A stretch of DNA of 64,000 nucleotides, taken from Basidiobolus meristosporus CBS 931.73. Its lineage: Eukaryota > Fungi > Basidiobolomycota. The number at the start of each line of letters is the position of its first letter. Position 1 is the stretch's first letter. Shown piece after piece: positions 1 through 14,334 of this stretch. The position numbers and the translations under genes were made by a program. The stretch spans positions 1 to 64,000 of the forward strand of contig MCFE01000258.1 in the NCBI GenBank assembly GCA_002104905.1, in the 5' to 3' direction. The notes beneath the pieces are model-generated. The model was not told where the DNA came from, searched no databases, and saw nothing but the letters and a program-made list of their open reading frames with translations.

Positions 1-1139
1 ACAGCTCATCTTAGTAAAAAACAAATTTCAGTCCCTGAGCAGTTGCTTTTCCAACAGATAATAAGTTCTTATCTATTCCAGGTACATAGAGTACATCAGT
101 GAGTCTTCCTGTAGTTGCCCCTGAGCTATTGCTCATATTTAGTTGTATAGACAAACTTGAGGTAGCTTCCAGAGCAAAGTCATCTCCCAGATAAAGCTTC
201 CTTACGGGAATAGTTTTTGAGTTGCCAAACCACTCCTTTATACCACAAATATTCTATGATGCTCCAGAGTCAATATACCATTCATTACTTTGGTTACTTG
301 CACTCTCTTGTACAGTTACAAATAACCGTTCATCAGTAGTTATATGGTTTGCCTTCTCTAGTTTCTGTTTTTGTCTGCATGTTTCTTCTTGCATTCTCTT
401 GCCCAGTGTCCTGGCTTTTTATAATAGTTGCAGTAACCAGATTTTCTTTGGTTTTATTGTTTTTCCTTCTTTTCTGAGTACCTTTCTGAACTGAAAAAGG
501 CATTATCTTCTATATTCTCTTCTTGATCATTACATCTGAGTTCTTCATGGAGAAGTCTTCCTTTGACATAGTCTAAAGTCAAGTTGTCTTCTCTGCTTTC
601 AAAAGAAAGTATGAGTGGCTCATACTTGTCTGGTAGGCAGCAAAGCAGACAGAGTGTCTTTTCTTCAGCATCTACACCAGCATTAATACTGTAAAGTTCT
701 TCTGCAAGTGTCTCAATTTTAGTGGTGAGTTGCAGCAAGTCATCATCTGGCTTCTTCCTCATATTGAAGAACTTTTGTTTCAAATACAGCTTGCTTTATA
801 TAACTTTGCCCTATAGATCTTCTCTAAGGATTCCCATGCTGCTTTGGCAGTATTTGAGGCATGGATTTGTCCAATGAAGGAATCTTGCATATTGATACAT
901 ATGGCATTAAAGGCCTTTCTCTCCTTCTCTTGAAACTTCACCACTTCTTGTGCTGTTCCTTTGGGCTCAGCTTCTTTTCCTGTTACTATATATCAAAGTT
1001 TCCTTTCCTCAAGGTGGATCTGCATCTTGATTCCCCAATGTCTGTAGTTCTTCCCATCAAACCTCTCCTTTGCAAGGAAGATGTTTGTGTTGTTCTGTTT
1101 GCTGGTAGAAGTCATCTTCAAAATAGATTAAAGCAATTG

Positions 1140-1151
1140 GGGCTCATAACC
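1140..1151 (-). promoter_or_regulatory. Primer-binding site, half-tRNA-Met type (GGTTATGAGCCC)
   Basis: Directly follows the LTR; resembles the Drosophila copia PBS GGTTATGGGCCC. Confidence 0.8.
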
Positions 1152-1519
1152 TGTTGCAATTAAGAAGTGATTTGGATATAAGGAACTAATCAAGAAATAG
1201 TGCTAATGGTTGAACCGTTGTTTATTAATAAAGAAGCTCAGTATATATACCTTTGTAGAAGTAATACAGCTGTAACACTAAGTAAGGAGGATTTCTCAAT
1301 ATTCAGGAGCATTCTGTAACAGTTTCAGGGTTAGTACATAATAGTTAGTATTAGGGCTAATTTGATCCTGACTCTAGGGGAATAATCATGAGATCATAGA
1401 TCTGAAGAAAGTGGCAAAGTTAGAGCTGTAAATTAGTCTCACAGTGTCCAAGACTAGTCCAAAATTGTTAAGTAAATTTTTAGCTGCAGAATGATACCGA
1501 ATACTCCAATATCTCAACA
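1152..1519 (-). repeat. Copia family A 5' LTR (368 bp)
   Basis: TG..CA ends with TGTTG/CAACA inverted termini; about 90% similar to 4582-4949 and 8892-9260. Confidence 0.92.
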
Positions 1520-2380
1520 GATAGGCACTCGGTTGATTGCTTCACTTGCATATAGTAGCTGTGCAGAGCTTGGGATCATTTGGCATAATTATACTTCTGC
1601 CATATGGATGGTGAAAACTGAGTCTTCCTCACAATCATCCATGATGTTGCTATGCTCTAAAGATTAAATGTAGTCAAAGCTTCTTATTAGCTTATATCTA
1701 ATTCCTCTCTAATGGCAGTGTGTTGAGAAATGTTCTTGCTGATGGCATTTATAGCAAAGTCTTTCTTCTCCTATTTTTCTGAGGTGGGAATCCTCTACAT
1801 AGCATCTGTTTCCATTGACAATCCTTGTGACTGTTTTATTCCATAGGCATTGTAGCCACTGATTATTCACAATAGGCTTCCAATTCCATAAAATCCTGGG
1901 CCATAGCCAAAGGCAACCTTAATAGCTGCATCAATAGTGGGAGGTCTTTGTTAACTTAATGCCCTCCAAGTTCCTTCATTCAACCCACCAATAAAGTGTC
2001 CTACTTAATCAAAGGAGTACATTTCTCAATTTGCCCAAGTAGATATATATACTGACAGAGGTGTTCTTGAACCATTCCTTTCTGTCAATATTGTGTCAAG
2101 CTACAATACATGCCTTAAGTGGGTATTTGGATAATCCTAGTATGGTAGGTGAAATCAGATATATAGACATGTATCTATTAAGCAAATGGAAATGAATGTG
2201 TATCACACTACCAACACCACTGATACCAACCATCTTGAATACTGTTGTTCCAAACTGATAATATATCTGTGGTGGTTGGTATAAAGAGTCATGAAGATGT
2301 GGACCCCAAATGAGCTCATTAGCCCATATATAGGCCACCTGAACTATTTTCATATATACAATTTCCCCTTTTTAGCAAAA
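1520..2380 (-). pseudogene. Degraded Ty3/gypsy gag remnant (capsid end, zinc knuckle, start of protease)
   Basis: Manual minus-strand translation gives HFIGGL..., RPPTIDAAIKVA, PMETDA and LCYKCHQQEHFSTHC (CX2CX4HX4C), with many stops and frameshifts. Interrupted by Copia A at 1519. Confidence 0.55.
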
Positions 2381-3364
2381 AAAGCCTGATATTGAATGAG
2401 TAGGGAAGGAGCCATAACAAGCATGCAGGCAGTTGGGAAGCTACACAGCAGATTTATTGACTGCACTGGTATTACCTATGATATATTCATAAGCAGTGAC
2501 ATGGCTTATATTTGCTCCAAGGAATCTTCTAATTATACAACCACTTACACTCAAATGCTAACACTTGGGTGTAAAACTCATGCCACTGACCACTCCAGCA
2601 AGGCCAACACCAGACAGCAGCTCAATAGCAGTGAGTTATCAAGGTGAAGAAAAAAGCTCATTTACATCATCAAGATCCAAATGGTCCTATAAAATCATGT
2701 AGCACAGGTGATCAGGCACTTATTAATACATATGGTAGGCTTTCCAAGGTACACAAATTGACATTTGGTAGAAACATAGGCAGTTGGGGTGTCTAAGTCC
2801 TGTGGTCAAAACTTGTAATTTCTTCTATGAACTTGACTTGCTTAGTCATATACATCACTTCCTACTAATTTTAGAAAATCTAAATTACATCACTTATTAG
2901 GATTCAGTTGCAATATTTGCTCCAGCAACTTATTTAGTTAAAGTACTGCACTCAACCCAAAATGTAGTATCTGAGAATGCTTGGTTAGATTAGATATGCC
3001 CAGATGCTACAGCAAAATATGGTCAACATCTACCAAAAAGTGTAAGTGATATATCTTGGGCTACTGCAAGGAGAGAAAGGCATCAAAGCTTATAGTATCA
3101 GATCAAAATACAAACTGAGCCCAGGAATATACTGCCTAGTGAAAAACACAGTGTACTCACAGTCAGGACCAAAAGTGTTCATAAATATGCAAAACCAGGT
3201 CTGTAATCAGCAAGGAAGGGACTATAGCAAAACTATTCAGCCTTTTCCCTCCAAATAAATATGCATTCTGTGTTCAGCCTAAATCAGCACCTTGAGGTAC
3301 TTATCAGTGACTACTGAATATCACAAGACAGAAGATCATTTCTTTTTGAAAAGATCCAAAGAAA

Positions 3365-3810
3365 AGTTACATCTAACACTTCTCAAGTGTGTGTGTGTAC
3401 TGTGCTAACTAGGCACAATAAACCCTGGCAAAAACTTGCTTGGAATACTTTGGTTCTGTATCTAGTCTAATGTGAAGGGGAACAGAGCCACATGCCTATT
3501 TAAAGAAAACTAGTGGGCTATAATCTCCAACTTAGTTAGCAACTTAACAAAATTATGTGCTGGGCTCAACATCCTACAAGATGACAGTGCAATAAGGCTT
3601 CCAAAGTCAAAACCATTGTAAACTCCAAATGTAGCAGACTGATTAGAATGCAGCTGTTGTCTCCAGCTACACAGACAGAACATATCTTTGTTGGAATACA
3701 AACCAATTTGGAAAAAATCAAACATAATAAAAGTCACTATATCTGAGTATTTGTCACAAGTAGTGCCTCCAGAGTATGTTGGCAATCAACATGGTTTCCT
3801 ATGAGTGTCC
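3365..3810 (+). repeat. Old fragment of a gypsy family D-like LTR
   Basis: Similar to 17290-17720 (e.g. ggcaaaaacttgcttggaatact...tctaatgtgaagggg). Confidence 0.65.
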
Positions 3811-4581
3811 TTTGGACTGAAATATCATAATGGACCAGGATCTGCAAAATTAACTCTTATTTGGAATTTCTGTGTTTCCAAGGAAGAACTGCTGCCAAAT
3901 TAGCTACTATAAGCCATATACTGCATATGTTGGACTATTACTCATATAGATAGATGATACTGCTATGGTCACTAACAAAAAGAGACTCTGGTACTAGAAG
4001 TCTCTAGGGAAGTTTCAGAGGTATCTTTGTTGAATTTGTTGACTCTACTACCAATTTAATGATTGCAGGCCTACTTACCAAACCATTAGCTATAGGTAAG
4101 TTTGGTTATCTAGGACCATAGTCAGGCTGATATATAAGTATATTCTGTTGGAGTGCTCTAGGCTTTATGTCAACACTACAGCAGTCATGAAACTGAGTCA
4201 TATAGGCTGATGTCCAGAGATCTGATTGAACTATGGCTACATTACATGGTGAAATTTTTATGGTTGATAATTTGTGCTCTGATACAACTGCCATATGCTA
4301 GCTCTGAGTGGATACAGAACTTATCAAGCATTGGGTGTAGGCTACCATCAGGGTTAAACAGTCCTTTGGCCAAAGCATCAGTGACACTATTGTTACATTT
4401 CCCTTTCAACAGTTTCATGTTTGGAATTCAAGAAATTTCAGCTTGTATTCAGCTGGTATTCTGAAGGGATCTTGCTGGTATTCACATGGTGTTTATTACT
4501 AATATTTTTGATTGCTGCTTATGATAGAAGTAGCAGGCAACTAATTACTTACTTTGTGAGAGTCCTAGCTAGTCTAGTCTT

Positions 4582-7500
4582 TGTTGAATTGTTGAACTAT
4601 TTGGTATCATTCTGCAGATAAAAATTTACTTAACAATTTTGGACTAGTCTTGGTCACTATAGGACTAATTCATAGCTCTCACTATGCCACTTTCTTTAGA
4701 TCTATGAGCTTATGATTATTTCCTTGTAGTCAGGATCAAATTAGCACCATTACCAAACATTATACACTAACCATGAAACAGTTACAGAATGCTCCTGAAT
4801 ATTGAGAAACCCTCCTTACTTAGTGTTACAGCTCTATTACTTCTACAAAGGTATATATACTGAGCTTCTTTATTAATAAACAACGGTTTAACCATTAGCA
4901 CTATTTCTTGATTAGTTCCTTATATCCAAATCACTTCTTAATTGCAACAGGTTATGAGCCCCAATTGCTTTAATCTATTTTGAAGATGACTTCTACCAGC
5001 AAACAGAACAACACAAACATCTTCCTTGCAAAGGAGAGGTTTGATGGGAAGAACTACAGACATTGGGGAATCAAGATGCAGATCCACCTTGAGGAAAGGA
5101 AACTTTGATATATAGTAACAGGAAAAGAAGCTGAGCCCAAAGGAACAGCAGAAGAAGTGGTGAAGTTTCAAGAGAAGGAGAGAAAGGCCTTTAATGCCAC
5201 ATGCATCAATGTGCACAATTCCTTCATTAGACAAATCCATGCTTCAAATACAGCCAAAGCAGCATGGGAATCCTTAGACAAGATCTTTAGAGCAAAGTCA
5301 CTATCAAGCAAGCTTTATTTAAAACAAAAGTTCTTCAACATGAGGAAGAAGCCAAATTATGACATACTACAACTCATTACAGAATGGAGGCACTTGCAGA
5401 AGAACTTTACAGAATTAATGCTGATGTAGATGATGAAGAGAAGATACTGTGTCTGCTTTACAACCCACCAGATAAGTATGAGCCACTCATACTTTTTTGA
5501 AAGCGGAGAAGACAATTTGACTTTAGACTACATCAAAGGAAGACTTTTTCCTTGAAGAACTTAGATGTAATGATCAAGCAGAGAAAATTGAGGACAATGC
5601 TTTATTCAGTTCAGAAAGGCACTCAGAAAAGAAGGGAAAGCAACAAAACCAAAGAAAACCTGGTTGCTGTAACTACTGTGAAAAGCCAGGACAAGGGGCA
5701 AGAGAATGCAAAAAGAAACAAGCAAACTAAAAACAGAAACTAGAGCAGGTAAACCATATAACTACTGATGAACAGTTACTTGTAACTGTACAAGAGAGTG
5801 CAGGTAACCAAAGTAATCAACAGTATATTGACTCTGGAGCATCACAGCATATTTGTGGTATAAAGGAGTGGCTCAGCAACCTGAAGACTTCTCCCATAAG
5901 AAAGGTTTATCTGGGAGATAACTTTGCTCTGGAAGCTAACACCAGTGGGTCTATACAACTAAATATGAGCAATAGCTCAGGGGCAACAACAACAAGACTG
6001 ACTGATATACCCTATGTACATGGAATGACTAAGAACCTACTACCAGTCAGTAAAGCAACTGCTCAGGGACTGAAATTTGTTTTTGCTAAGATGAGCTGCT
6101 CAATAGTGAGTGAAAATGGACAAAAATTAGCCTTGGGAATTAGAGATCACTATATATACATGTTACATTGCAAGATCATTGTACCTGAGTATGTCAACAT
6201 TGCTGAAACTGATGAAACCAACTGGGAGATATGGCATAGGATGCTGGGACACATTGGGGAACAGAAAATGAGCCAATTGGTGAAAAATCGGCTTGTTTTG
6301 AGCCTAAAATACTTGATTCCAATCAAATTGAATGTTTGTAAGGGATGTTCATATGGTTAACAAGCTAGGCAACATTTCAAGAGCTCTGAAGGCATCAATA
6401 CCGCCGGAATACTGGCTATTGTACACTCAGATATATATAGCCACATGAGGGCACTGTCCTTTGGAGCCATGCAATACTTTATGGCGTTTATTGATGACAA
6501 AACAAGATATACATGGGTGTACCTCCTCAAAACAAAGGATGAAGCTTTATAGACATTTAAGCACCTCAAGAGATGGCAGAAACATAAACTGGGTGTTAAT
6601 TGAAGGTACAACAAAGTGACAATGGAGGAGAATACTGCTCAGACGAGATTGCAAAATACTGCTCATCTACTGGTATACTTCAACAGACCATAGTTCCTCA
6701 TTCTTCACAGAAAAATGGAGTAGCAGTACATGCAAATAGAACAATTGTAGAGATGGGAAGATCTATGCTACATGATAAGGGAATGGACTATAAGTTTTGG
6801 GATGAATCTGTTGCTACCAGAGTTTACATCAAAAACAGATGCCCAACAACAGCACTACATGATTCTACACCCTTTGAAGCATATACAGGGAAAAAACCAA
6901 TCTCCAGCACCTCAAGATCTTTGGCAGTGATGTTTCTGATCACATCCCTGACAATTACACTCAAAGTTGGAACCAAAGAGTAGGAAAGGGATCTTTCTTT
7001 GGTATTGTAAAGATACTAAAGGGTATAGAGTGTATGTTGGCAAAATTCAGAAGCTGATCAAGAGCAGTGACATTGTATTTGAGGAGAATTCAGATCACAA
7101 AGCCACTGAAATCATTGGCCAGCTACCTGACAATACAATCAATACTGATGAAGAAGATACATAACTAATTCAGACAGATACAGATGATAATTCTACCAGT
7201 TCCAGATCAGAGCAGATTATCCCAGCTAGGAGGGACTACCAGATTAAGAAATGCCCCAGGATTCTGGTGGCAGACATCCAATGATCATGAAGAAGCTAAT
7301 CTTTCCTTATGTGCAGAACATCAGAATCTGGAACAGGCAATGCATAGTCCAGATGCTGCTATGTGGCAACAAGCCATGCAGGAGGAGTACCAATCACTGA
7401 TCAAGGCAAAAATGTGGGAACTGGTAGATTTACCAAATGGGAGAAAGCCAATAGGATGTGGATGGGTTTAGAAGATGAAGATAACCTCAAATGGTGCTGT

Positions 7501-9260
7501 TATTAAGTACAAGGCTAGATTGGTGGCTAAAGGCTATTCCCAGATCCAGGGACTAGACTTTAAGGAGTATTTGCTCTGATTGCCAAGTTTAACTCCATCA
7601 GGACAGTTCTAGCCCTGGCAGCTGTATACAGTCTAGATCTACACCAAATGGACGTCAAAGCAGCCTTTCTAAATGGGGATTTGCAAGAAACTATATATAT
7701 GGAGCAACCAGAGGGTTGTACCAATCCAATGGAATCCTATAAGGTGTGCAAACTTAGAAAATAGTTGTATGGACTTAAGCAGGCACCTAGTGCATGGTAT
7801 AACAAGATTGACACATATCTAGAGGAAATTGGGTCCTCTTAAAGCACTGCAGATCAAAGTATATATGTGAAACAGCTCAAAAGGGGTGTAATCATCCTAG
7901 TTCTTTATGTGAATGACCTAGTATAGCTACTAGTGGCCAAGAGGCACTTAAACAGACAAAATAAGATCTCTTCAGCAAGTTTGAGATGCAAGATCTTGGA
8001 AAATTGAGCTATTTTCTTGGAATTGTAGTCAAATTTGACATACCTATGCAGAAAATTGTGCTGAGTCTGTCTAAGTATATCAGGGATATTCTTAGGCACT
8101 TCAAAATGTAAAATTGCCAACCTGCAGCAACCTTTAGGGACAATAACCTGAAATTAAGCAAATCTTAGCCAGTTATAGATGAAAATGGCTCAAATACGGA
8201 CCAAAACTTTCCCTATCAATCAATGGTTGGTAACCTAATGTACTTGATGGTATCTACAAGTCCATATATTGCAGTGGCAGTTGAAATAGTCAGTCAACTT
8301 ATGCAGAATTATGGATCAGATCAAATTGCAGCAGTTAAGTGGATTATCAAATATCTACAAGGTACCATATATATGGTACTGGAATACTCTGGAGCAGCTA
8401 ATAGGTTAAAGTTTGATGGTTATAGTGATTCAGATTGGGGTAGGGACCTGATTGACAGATGCTCTACCACAGGCTATGTATTTCTTTATTCTGGTGCAGC
8501 TATTACTTGGAGTTGCAAGAAGCAACCAACTGTGGCCCTATCTGTAACTGAAGCAGAATATATGGCTGCATGTCAAGCAACTAAGGAGACTATATGGCTA
8601 CAAAAATTATTCAAAGACTTAGGTTTTAATTCAGATGAACCAACATGTATGTACAAGGATAATCAAAGCAGTATTTCATTAGCTATAAATCCTACTAATC
8701 ATGCCAGAATTAAGCACATAGATATACAGCATCACTTTGTGAGTGAATCTGCGGAAAATAACTTAGTGGAGTTAGTGTACTGCCCAACTAACAAAATAGT
8801 GGCAGATATATTGACAAATCCATTAGCTAGGCCACAATTTGGCAATCTCAGGGAGGAATTAGGATTAAGAAATTATTTAGCTGAGGGGGAGTGTTGAAAT
8901 ATTAGACTATTTGGTATCATTTTGCAGCTAAAAATTTACTCACCAATTCTGAACTAGTCTTGGTCACTGTGGGACTAATTTACAGCTCTATATTTGCCAC
9001 TTTCTTCAGATCTATGATCTGATGATTATTCCCTTATAGTCAGGATCAAGTTAGCACTAATACTAACTATTATGTACTAACCCTGAAACTGTTACTGAAT
9101 GCTCCTGAATATTGAGAAACCCTCTTTACTTGGTGTTACAGCTGTATTATTTCTACAAAGGTATAAATACTGAGCTTCTTTATTAATAAACAACAGATCA
9201 ACTATTATCACTATTTCTTGATAAGTTCCTTATCTCCAAATCACTTCTTAAATTGCAACA
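4582..9260 (+). mobile_element. Full-length Ty1/Copia family A element (4679 bp), inactivated
   Basis: LTRs 4582-4949 and 8892-9260, PBS 4950-4961, PPT GAGGGGGAG just before 8892, 5-bp TSD GTCTT (4577-4581 / 9261-9265), Copia domain order gag-PR-IN-RT-RH. Confidence 0.97.
4986..8897 (+). pseudogene. Copia gag-pol polyprotein, disrupted by frameshifts and stops
   Basis: Motifs ERFDGKNY (gag), YIDSGASQH (PR), WHRMLGH (GAG-pre-IN), QSDNGGEY...QKNGVA (IN), KPIGCGWV/MDVKAAFLNG (RT), GYSDSDWG...KQPTVALSVTEAEYMA...KHIDIQHH (RNase H; ORF 8223-8897). Confidence 0.95.
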
Positions 9261-9769
9261 GTCTTCTCTTGAAATGCATGTCAGCTTGTATGGTCTGCTG
9301 CTAGTTCCTGAGATATTGAGAGTTGTCAGTTCTAAGAAACTTGGAGCTGAACAAATAAAGTAATGGTACTCTGTTGGTCTTTTCTTATTTTTCTCTTAGG
9401 ATACATGTTTTACTAATGTAGCAGCCAACACATGCTGCCATTGAGAGAGCTTCTAAGTGATATGTTGCCATCTGCATCACATTTGCTGGTTTGAGCTCCA
9501 GTCCACTAGTAGCATCTGGGAGTATTGATACATATTAGCACTTTGGTGGAAATCACACAAGTCATTTATACTGACAAATACTTCTCTGAGGAAGCTAAAT
9601 TAGAAGGAGCTAAGCATCTTAATGAAATGATATCATTTTGACTGCTGATAGGTGTATAAGCTAAATGAGATTTGCATCATCAATTAGCTCATGTCTAGGC
9701 AACTGCCTAGTGGTTAAATAAATTTCAGAAGACTAATGGCCTGGGAAGGTTTAGCAGATCATATGATAA

Positions 9770-10113
9770 TATTTTAGGAGGGTAAACATATATCTTGTGG
9801 ATAAGTGTATCCATATAGCTGTTACAGTACACTATTCATATTTACTAATGTAATATTTTCCCATTCTTCTTTGCCCAGATTATCAACATTATTCCCATTT
9901 GATATTCACCCTGGTCAGTAAGCAGTTTTAGTTATATAAGAGATTAATGAGCATTGAAATCAGCAAATGTATATACATTGGGCATGCAATTGTGCAAGTA
10001 CCTGTGACACTAGACACATTTGTATATTACCATCCCTATTGTTACAGTATTGTGTTTGGTATTCCGGTGTTACACTGATCTTAAACTGCTGATCCCTGAT
10101 TAGTTGGATTCAC
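9770..10113 (+). repeat. Old family C-like LTR, 5' half (host of gypsy B); continues at 25430-25890
   Basis: Degraded similarity to LTR C (gggtaaacat..., cccattcttcttt...). The flanks at 10113 and 25430 rejoin into the LTR C/D consensus gttggatgtgctgtg. Confidence 0.6.
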
Positions 10114-10499
10114 TGTTATGATATGCCACTTGAATGTTTAAGTTAGATCAGTTTTGAGTCAAATCAATCAGGTATATGTTTAGCCCACCAGTATATTAGT
10201 GTTAACTATCAAATCAGTAGCATTAGTCAGCAGATGAATCAACAGATCCTTATCAGACAGTTATAGATATATTAAGTGGGATCTGATTGGGTGATGATGA
10301 TGCAATCAAATGAGTCATTAGCCACAACATGCACTAGGAAATACAATTAGTCAGCAATTGATCTGGCAAAATTGTATATAAGGAGCTGCTGGAACCTCAA
10401 TAAAAGTCAGTTCACGTTTGAGTGTATACAATACTAGCTAAACTCCCTATTCCTCTACAACTCTTATACCAAAATGTGTAACATTGGTAGCAGCAATAA

Positions 10500-13400
10500 C
10501 CAGAAATATCCCTCCTGAAGAAAGAAGAAGCCTCCCTCAAGATTTCCAAAAATCAAGAATGGAAGAATGCTATGCAGTAAATCCTGGCCCAGCAGCAACA
10601 GTTACTCCAGATCCTTAGCCAGCAGCAACAAGGAATGACTGCCATTGCCCAATGCCACAAAAACCCTGTCAAGAGCAACTTTAGTGTGAAGGTCAACTGG
10701 TGGCATGGTGGAGTCAATGAAAACCTGTGAACTAGGCTCTTCCAGATTGAAGAAGCTTTCTTGAATTTTTGAAGACCATAGACTATTGAAGAAGCCATCA
10801 AGATTGCCATTTACTACAACTCAGCTATGTTTGCAGTTGGGAAGCCCACAATGACTAATCAGAGAGGCTACAATCATTATTCAAGAACACAATCAGAAAC
10901 AGTGCCAAAGGAAATATACTCTATGAAGGAGAATCCTACCTCAGAAGAATGTAAGAAGAAAGGACTTTACTTCAATTGCCACCAGCAGGGACATATTGCA
11001 AAGCACTGCCCTCAGAGAAGAAATGGACACCAGCCATCAAGAACCCTCAACCATATTGAAGCCCATGAGCATAGTAACATGGAGGATGAACTTGACAAAG
11101 ACTCAGAACTCACCTTCCATATGACAGAAGAATACCTATCCCAGATGACCTCAAACTCAGGAAAGCTCTTATATTTGAGTTGAGTAATCAATGGAGTACC
11201 TGCCATAATCATGATCAACTCAGGAGCATTGCATGAGGACATGTCAGAGCAATTTGCTTTGAGAGCAGGAATCAACTTGGAGCTGACCAAATTAACTTCA
11301 GTCTCAACAGCTGATAGGAACTCTTATATAATTAACCATATTACTCAGCCAGTAAGGATGAAGATCAATGACTATGAAGAAGACCTACAGGCCTATGTAT
11401 TTGGGAACTGCAAGTTTGACCTTGTATTTGGAAAAGCCTGGCTATTTTATTGTAAGCCATCAATAAACTGGAAAACCAATGCTACTCAGATCCAGAAGTA
11501 CAACAATACCTATGAGTTATTAGCTGCCAGACTGGATTTCAACTTGGTCAATTCCAGTGTGTGTGAAACAAGTGAACTTAGCAAGATGCAGTTCTGTAGA
11601 GCACTTAGATAAGGCACCCAGATGTTCCTCATGGTAGTATTACAGGAGGATTCCTCTACTCCAGTACCCCAGAAGGTCCAGACTCCTTTGAAGGAATATT
11701 CAGACGTATTTCTGGATGAACCTGAAGGCCACCATCAGTCAGAGACATGGATTGTGCCATTGACACAGGAGATAGCCCTCAGAGACATGGATTATGACAT
11801 TGAAAACAGGAGATAGCTCTCTAGTGAGTAAGACACCTTACAGAATGAGTCCATTGGAATTGAAAGAAATGAAGAGACAAATAGATCAGTTATTGCAGCA
11901 ATTATATACAGACCCTGCAAGTCACCTTGGGGAGCACCAGTACTTTTTGTGAAGAAGAAGGATGGAACATTTAGGATGTGCATTGACTACAGAGCCCTCA
12001 ACTCAGTTACCTTTATACCCTAAGAAGCTTGAAGTTATCAAGAATCTGAAGCAGCCCAATAGCATATCAGAACTCAGATCATTGCTAGGAATGATATTTT
12101 ATTATTGGAGATTTGTCAAGTCCTTTGCAAGTATTACAACCCCTTTAACTGATATCCTCAAGAAAGACAATACCTACAAGTGTGACATAGCCTGTGAGAC
12201 TGCCTTCAAGTTGCTCAAGAACAACCTTGCTAAGCTGCTAAGATTAAGAATACCTGATTTCAGAAAAGAGCTTACTCTGTGCATAGATGCTTCAGATTAT
12301 GCAATTGGTGGAGTGTTGGGCCAAGTACACAAGGGAAAGGACTACCCAGTTGCCTTTGAATCCAAGAAGCTGAACTCAGCAGAACAAAACTATCCAGTGC
12401 ATGAGAAGGAGATGCTTGCTATAATACACTGCTTGAAGACATGGAGATACTATATTAAAGGAGTCCAATGCACCGTGAAGACTGATCATGCCTCCCTCAA
12501 GTAGATATTTACTCAACAGATACTCTGTAGAAGATTGACAAGATGGAGTGAATACATTCAGCAATTTGATTTGGAGATTGTCTACTGCCCTGGGAAAAAC
12601 AACAGAGTTTCTGATGCCTTGTCAAGATTAGAACAAGTTGCACAACTCAACTTGGTGCATGAATCAGATTGACCTAGCCTATTACCAAAGTACTTGGAAG
12701 ACCAAGCCATTCCTAATGAGGTGGATGAGGAGACTGTGGAGATAATACAGGAGGAAGCCAGCAAATTTGTGGTACAGGATGAAACACTATACCAAATTGT
12801 TGATGGGAGCCCTATTGCCTATTGCCCTTATGTTGCTTGCCTGGATTCAATACATAAGCTAGACAATGAATATGGTCATCTTGGAACTGAAGGAACCTAG
12901 AGCCTTGTGAAAGCCAGAGCATGGTGGCCCAGAATGAAACAAGACATTGAGAGGCTAGTGAAAACATGCCCAAACTGCCAAATCAACTAAGGCCAACCAC
13001 CAAGAATTGTTGAACTCTTTCCTATTGAGCCTGTAAGGCCATATGAAAGATGGGGAATTGACTTTGTTGGAAGCCTGCCAACTACCAGGAAATGCAACTG
13101 TTGGATCCTAGTAGCAATTGACCATGCCACTAAATGGCCAGTGGCTAAAGCTGTACCTATAGTCAGTGAACAAGAAGTTGCAAGTTTCATCTACCATGAG
13201 AACCTTATGAAGTTAAGATGCCCTGTAGAGATTCTATCCAGTAGAGGTGCAAACTTTATGGCAAAGACATTGGAGGCTTACCTGGAAATGCAGCATATCA
13301 GACACTTGAAAACCTTGGCATATCACCCCAAAACTAATGGAGTTGCTGAATGATTTAATGGATTATTTAGAAAAATGCTGACCAAGTATGCAAATGGAGT

Positions 13401-13940
13401 TGTCAGTAGATGGGAGGAGTATATAGACCATGCACTCTTTGCATGCATTGTCAGAGTATACAACACTACCCAGCAATTGTCATTTTTACTTAGTGTATGG
13501 ATATGAACCAAGGATTCCAGGAGATCTCACACAACCAAAGCTTACAGATGCCTTAGAAGATAAACTCAGTCAGCCAAGTAGACACCAGCAACTGGAACAA
13601 AGATGTCAAGAGGAACAGACCAAAGTATCTCAAAGTGCAGAATAGATGAAGCAGAGTTTTGATAAGACTATGGCACCAGAAGCATTGACAGTTGGGAATT
13701 TTGTACTGCTAAGAAACAACACTTGGAAGAAGCTTGAGACACAATGGACTGGACCATTCAAGATCATCAGAGAATGACCATTTGCAACTTACCAACTAGT
13801 GGACAAACAAGGCAATATCTAGGAAGACTTAGTGCATAGGGACAGACTCAAGCTTTCAAGACTTGTTGATAATACTGAACCATCAAGATATTGGTATCAC
13901 AAGAAAAGAGATTCAGGAGAACCCTCTCAACTTTAGTAGG
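10500..13940 (+). pseudogene. Gypsy gag-pol remnant (zinc knuckle, protease, RT with core deleted, RNase H, integrase)
   Basis: CFNCHQQGHIAKHC; MINSGA; [26 protein letters not shown] joined directly to the connection domain (no YxDD); DASDYAIGGVL...EKEMLA; GIDFVGSLP...AYHPKTNGVAE. Confidence 0.9.
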
Positions 13941-13965
13941 GGAGAATGTTATGACCTACCACTTG

Positions 13966-14334
13966 TGTTATGATCTGCCACTTGAATGTTTAAGTTAGAT
14001 CAGTTTTTAGTCAAATCAATTAGTTATATGTTTAGCTTATCAGTATATCAGTATTATCTATCAAATTAGATAAATTAGTCAGCAAATGAATCGGCATATC
14101 CATATCAGACAGAAACATATATATTAAGTAGGATCTTATTGGGTGATGATGATACAATCAAATGAGTTGTCAGCCACAGCCTACATTAGGAAATACAATT
14201 AGTCAGCAATTGATCTGGCAAAATGTATATAAGGAGCTGCTAGCACCTCAATAAAGATCAGTTCAAGTTTTAGTGAATACAATGCTAGCTAAACTCCCTA
14301 TTCTGCTACAACTCTTATTCCAAGACTTGTAACA
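13966..14334 (+). repeat. Solo family B LTR inserted into the 3' LTR of the family B element
   Basis: Complete TGTTATG...GTAACA copy (369 bp) flanked by the 4-bp direct repeat CTTG (13962-13965 / 14335-14338). Confidence 0.8.

Larger units (their letters stand above)
1..1519 (-). mobile_element. Ty1/Copia retrotransposon family A, 5' part (runs off the window start)
   Basis: LTR 1152-1519 (TGTTG...CAACA), PBS 1140-1151 and a frameshifted gag/protease (ORF 454-783: KFFNMRKK...LLCCLPDKYEPLILSFESR). Near-identical to the element at 4582-9260 in the opposite orientation. Confidence 0.9.

Noticed and set aside
861-1163. 100-aa ORF MDLSNEG… also at 4938-5240
   Set aside because: Antisense shadow of the Copia A gag.
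2430-4480. Scattered motif-level hints of gypsy IN (2430-2780), Copia IN (3040-3200), Copia RNase H (3890-4110) and gypsy RH (4110-4480)
   Set aside because: Too decayed to delimit or assign with confidence.
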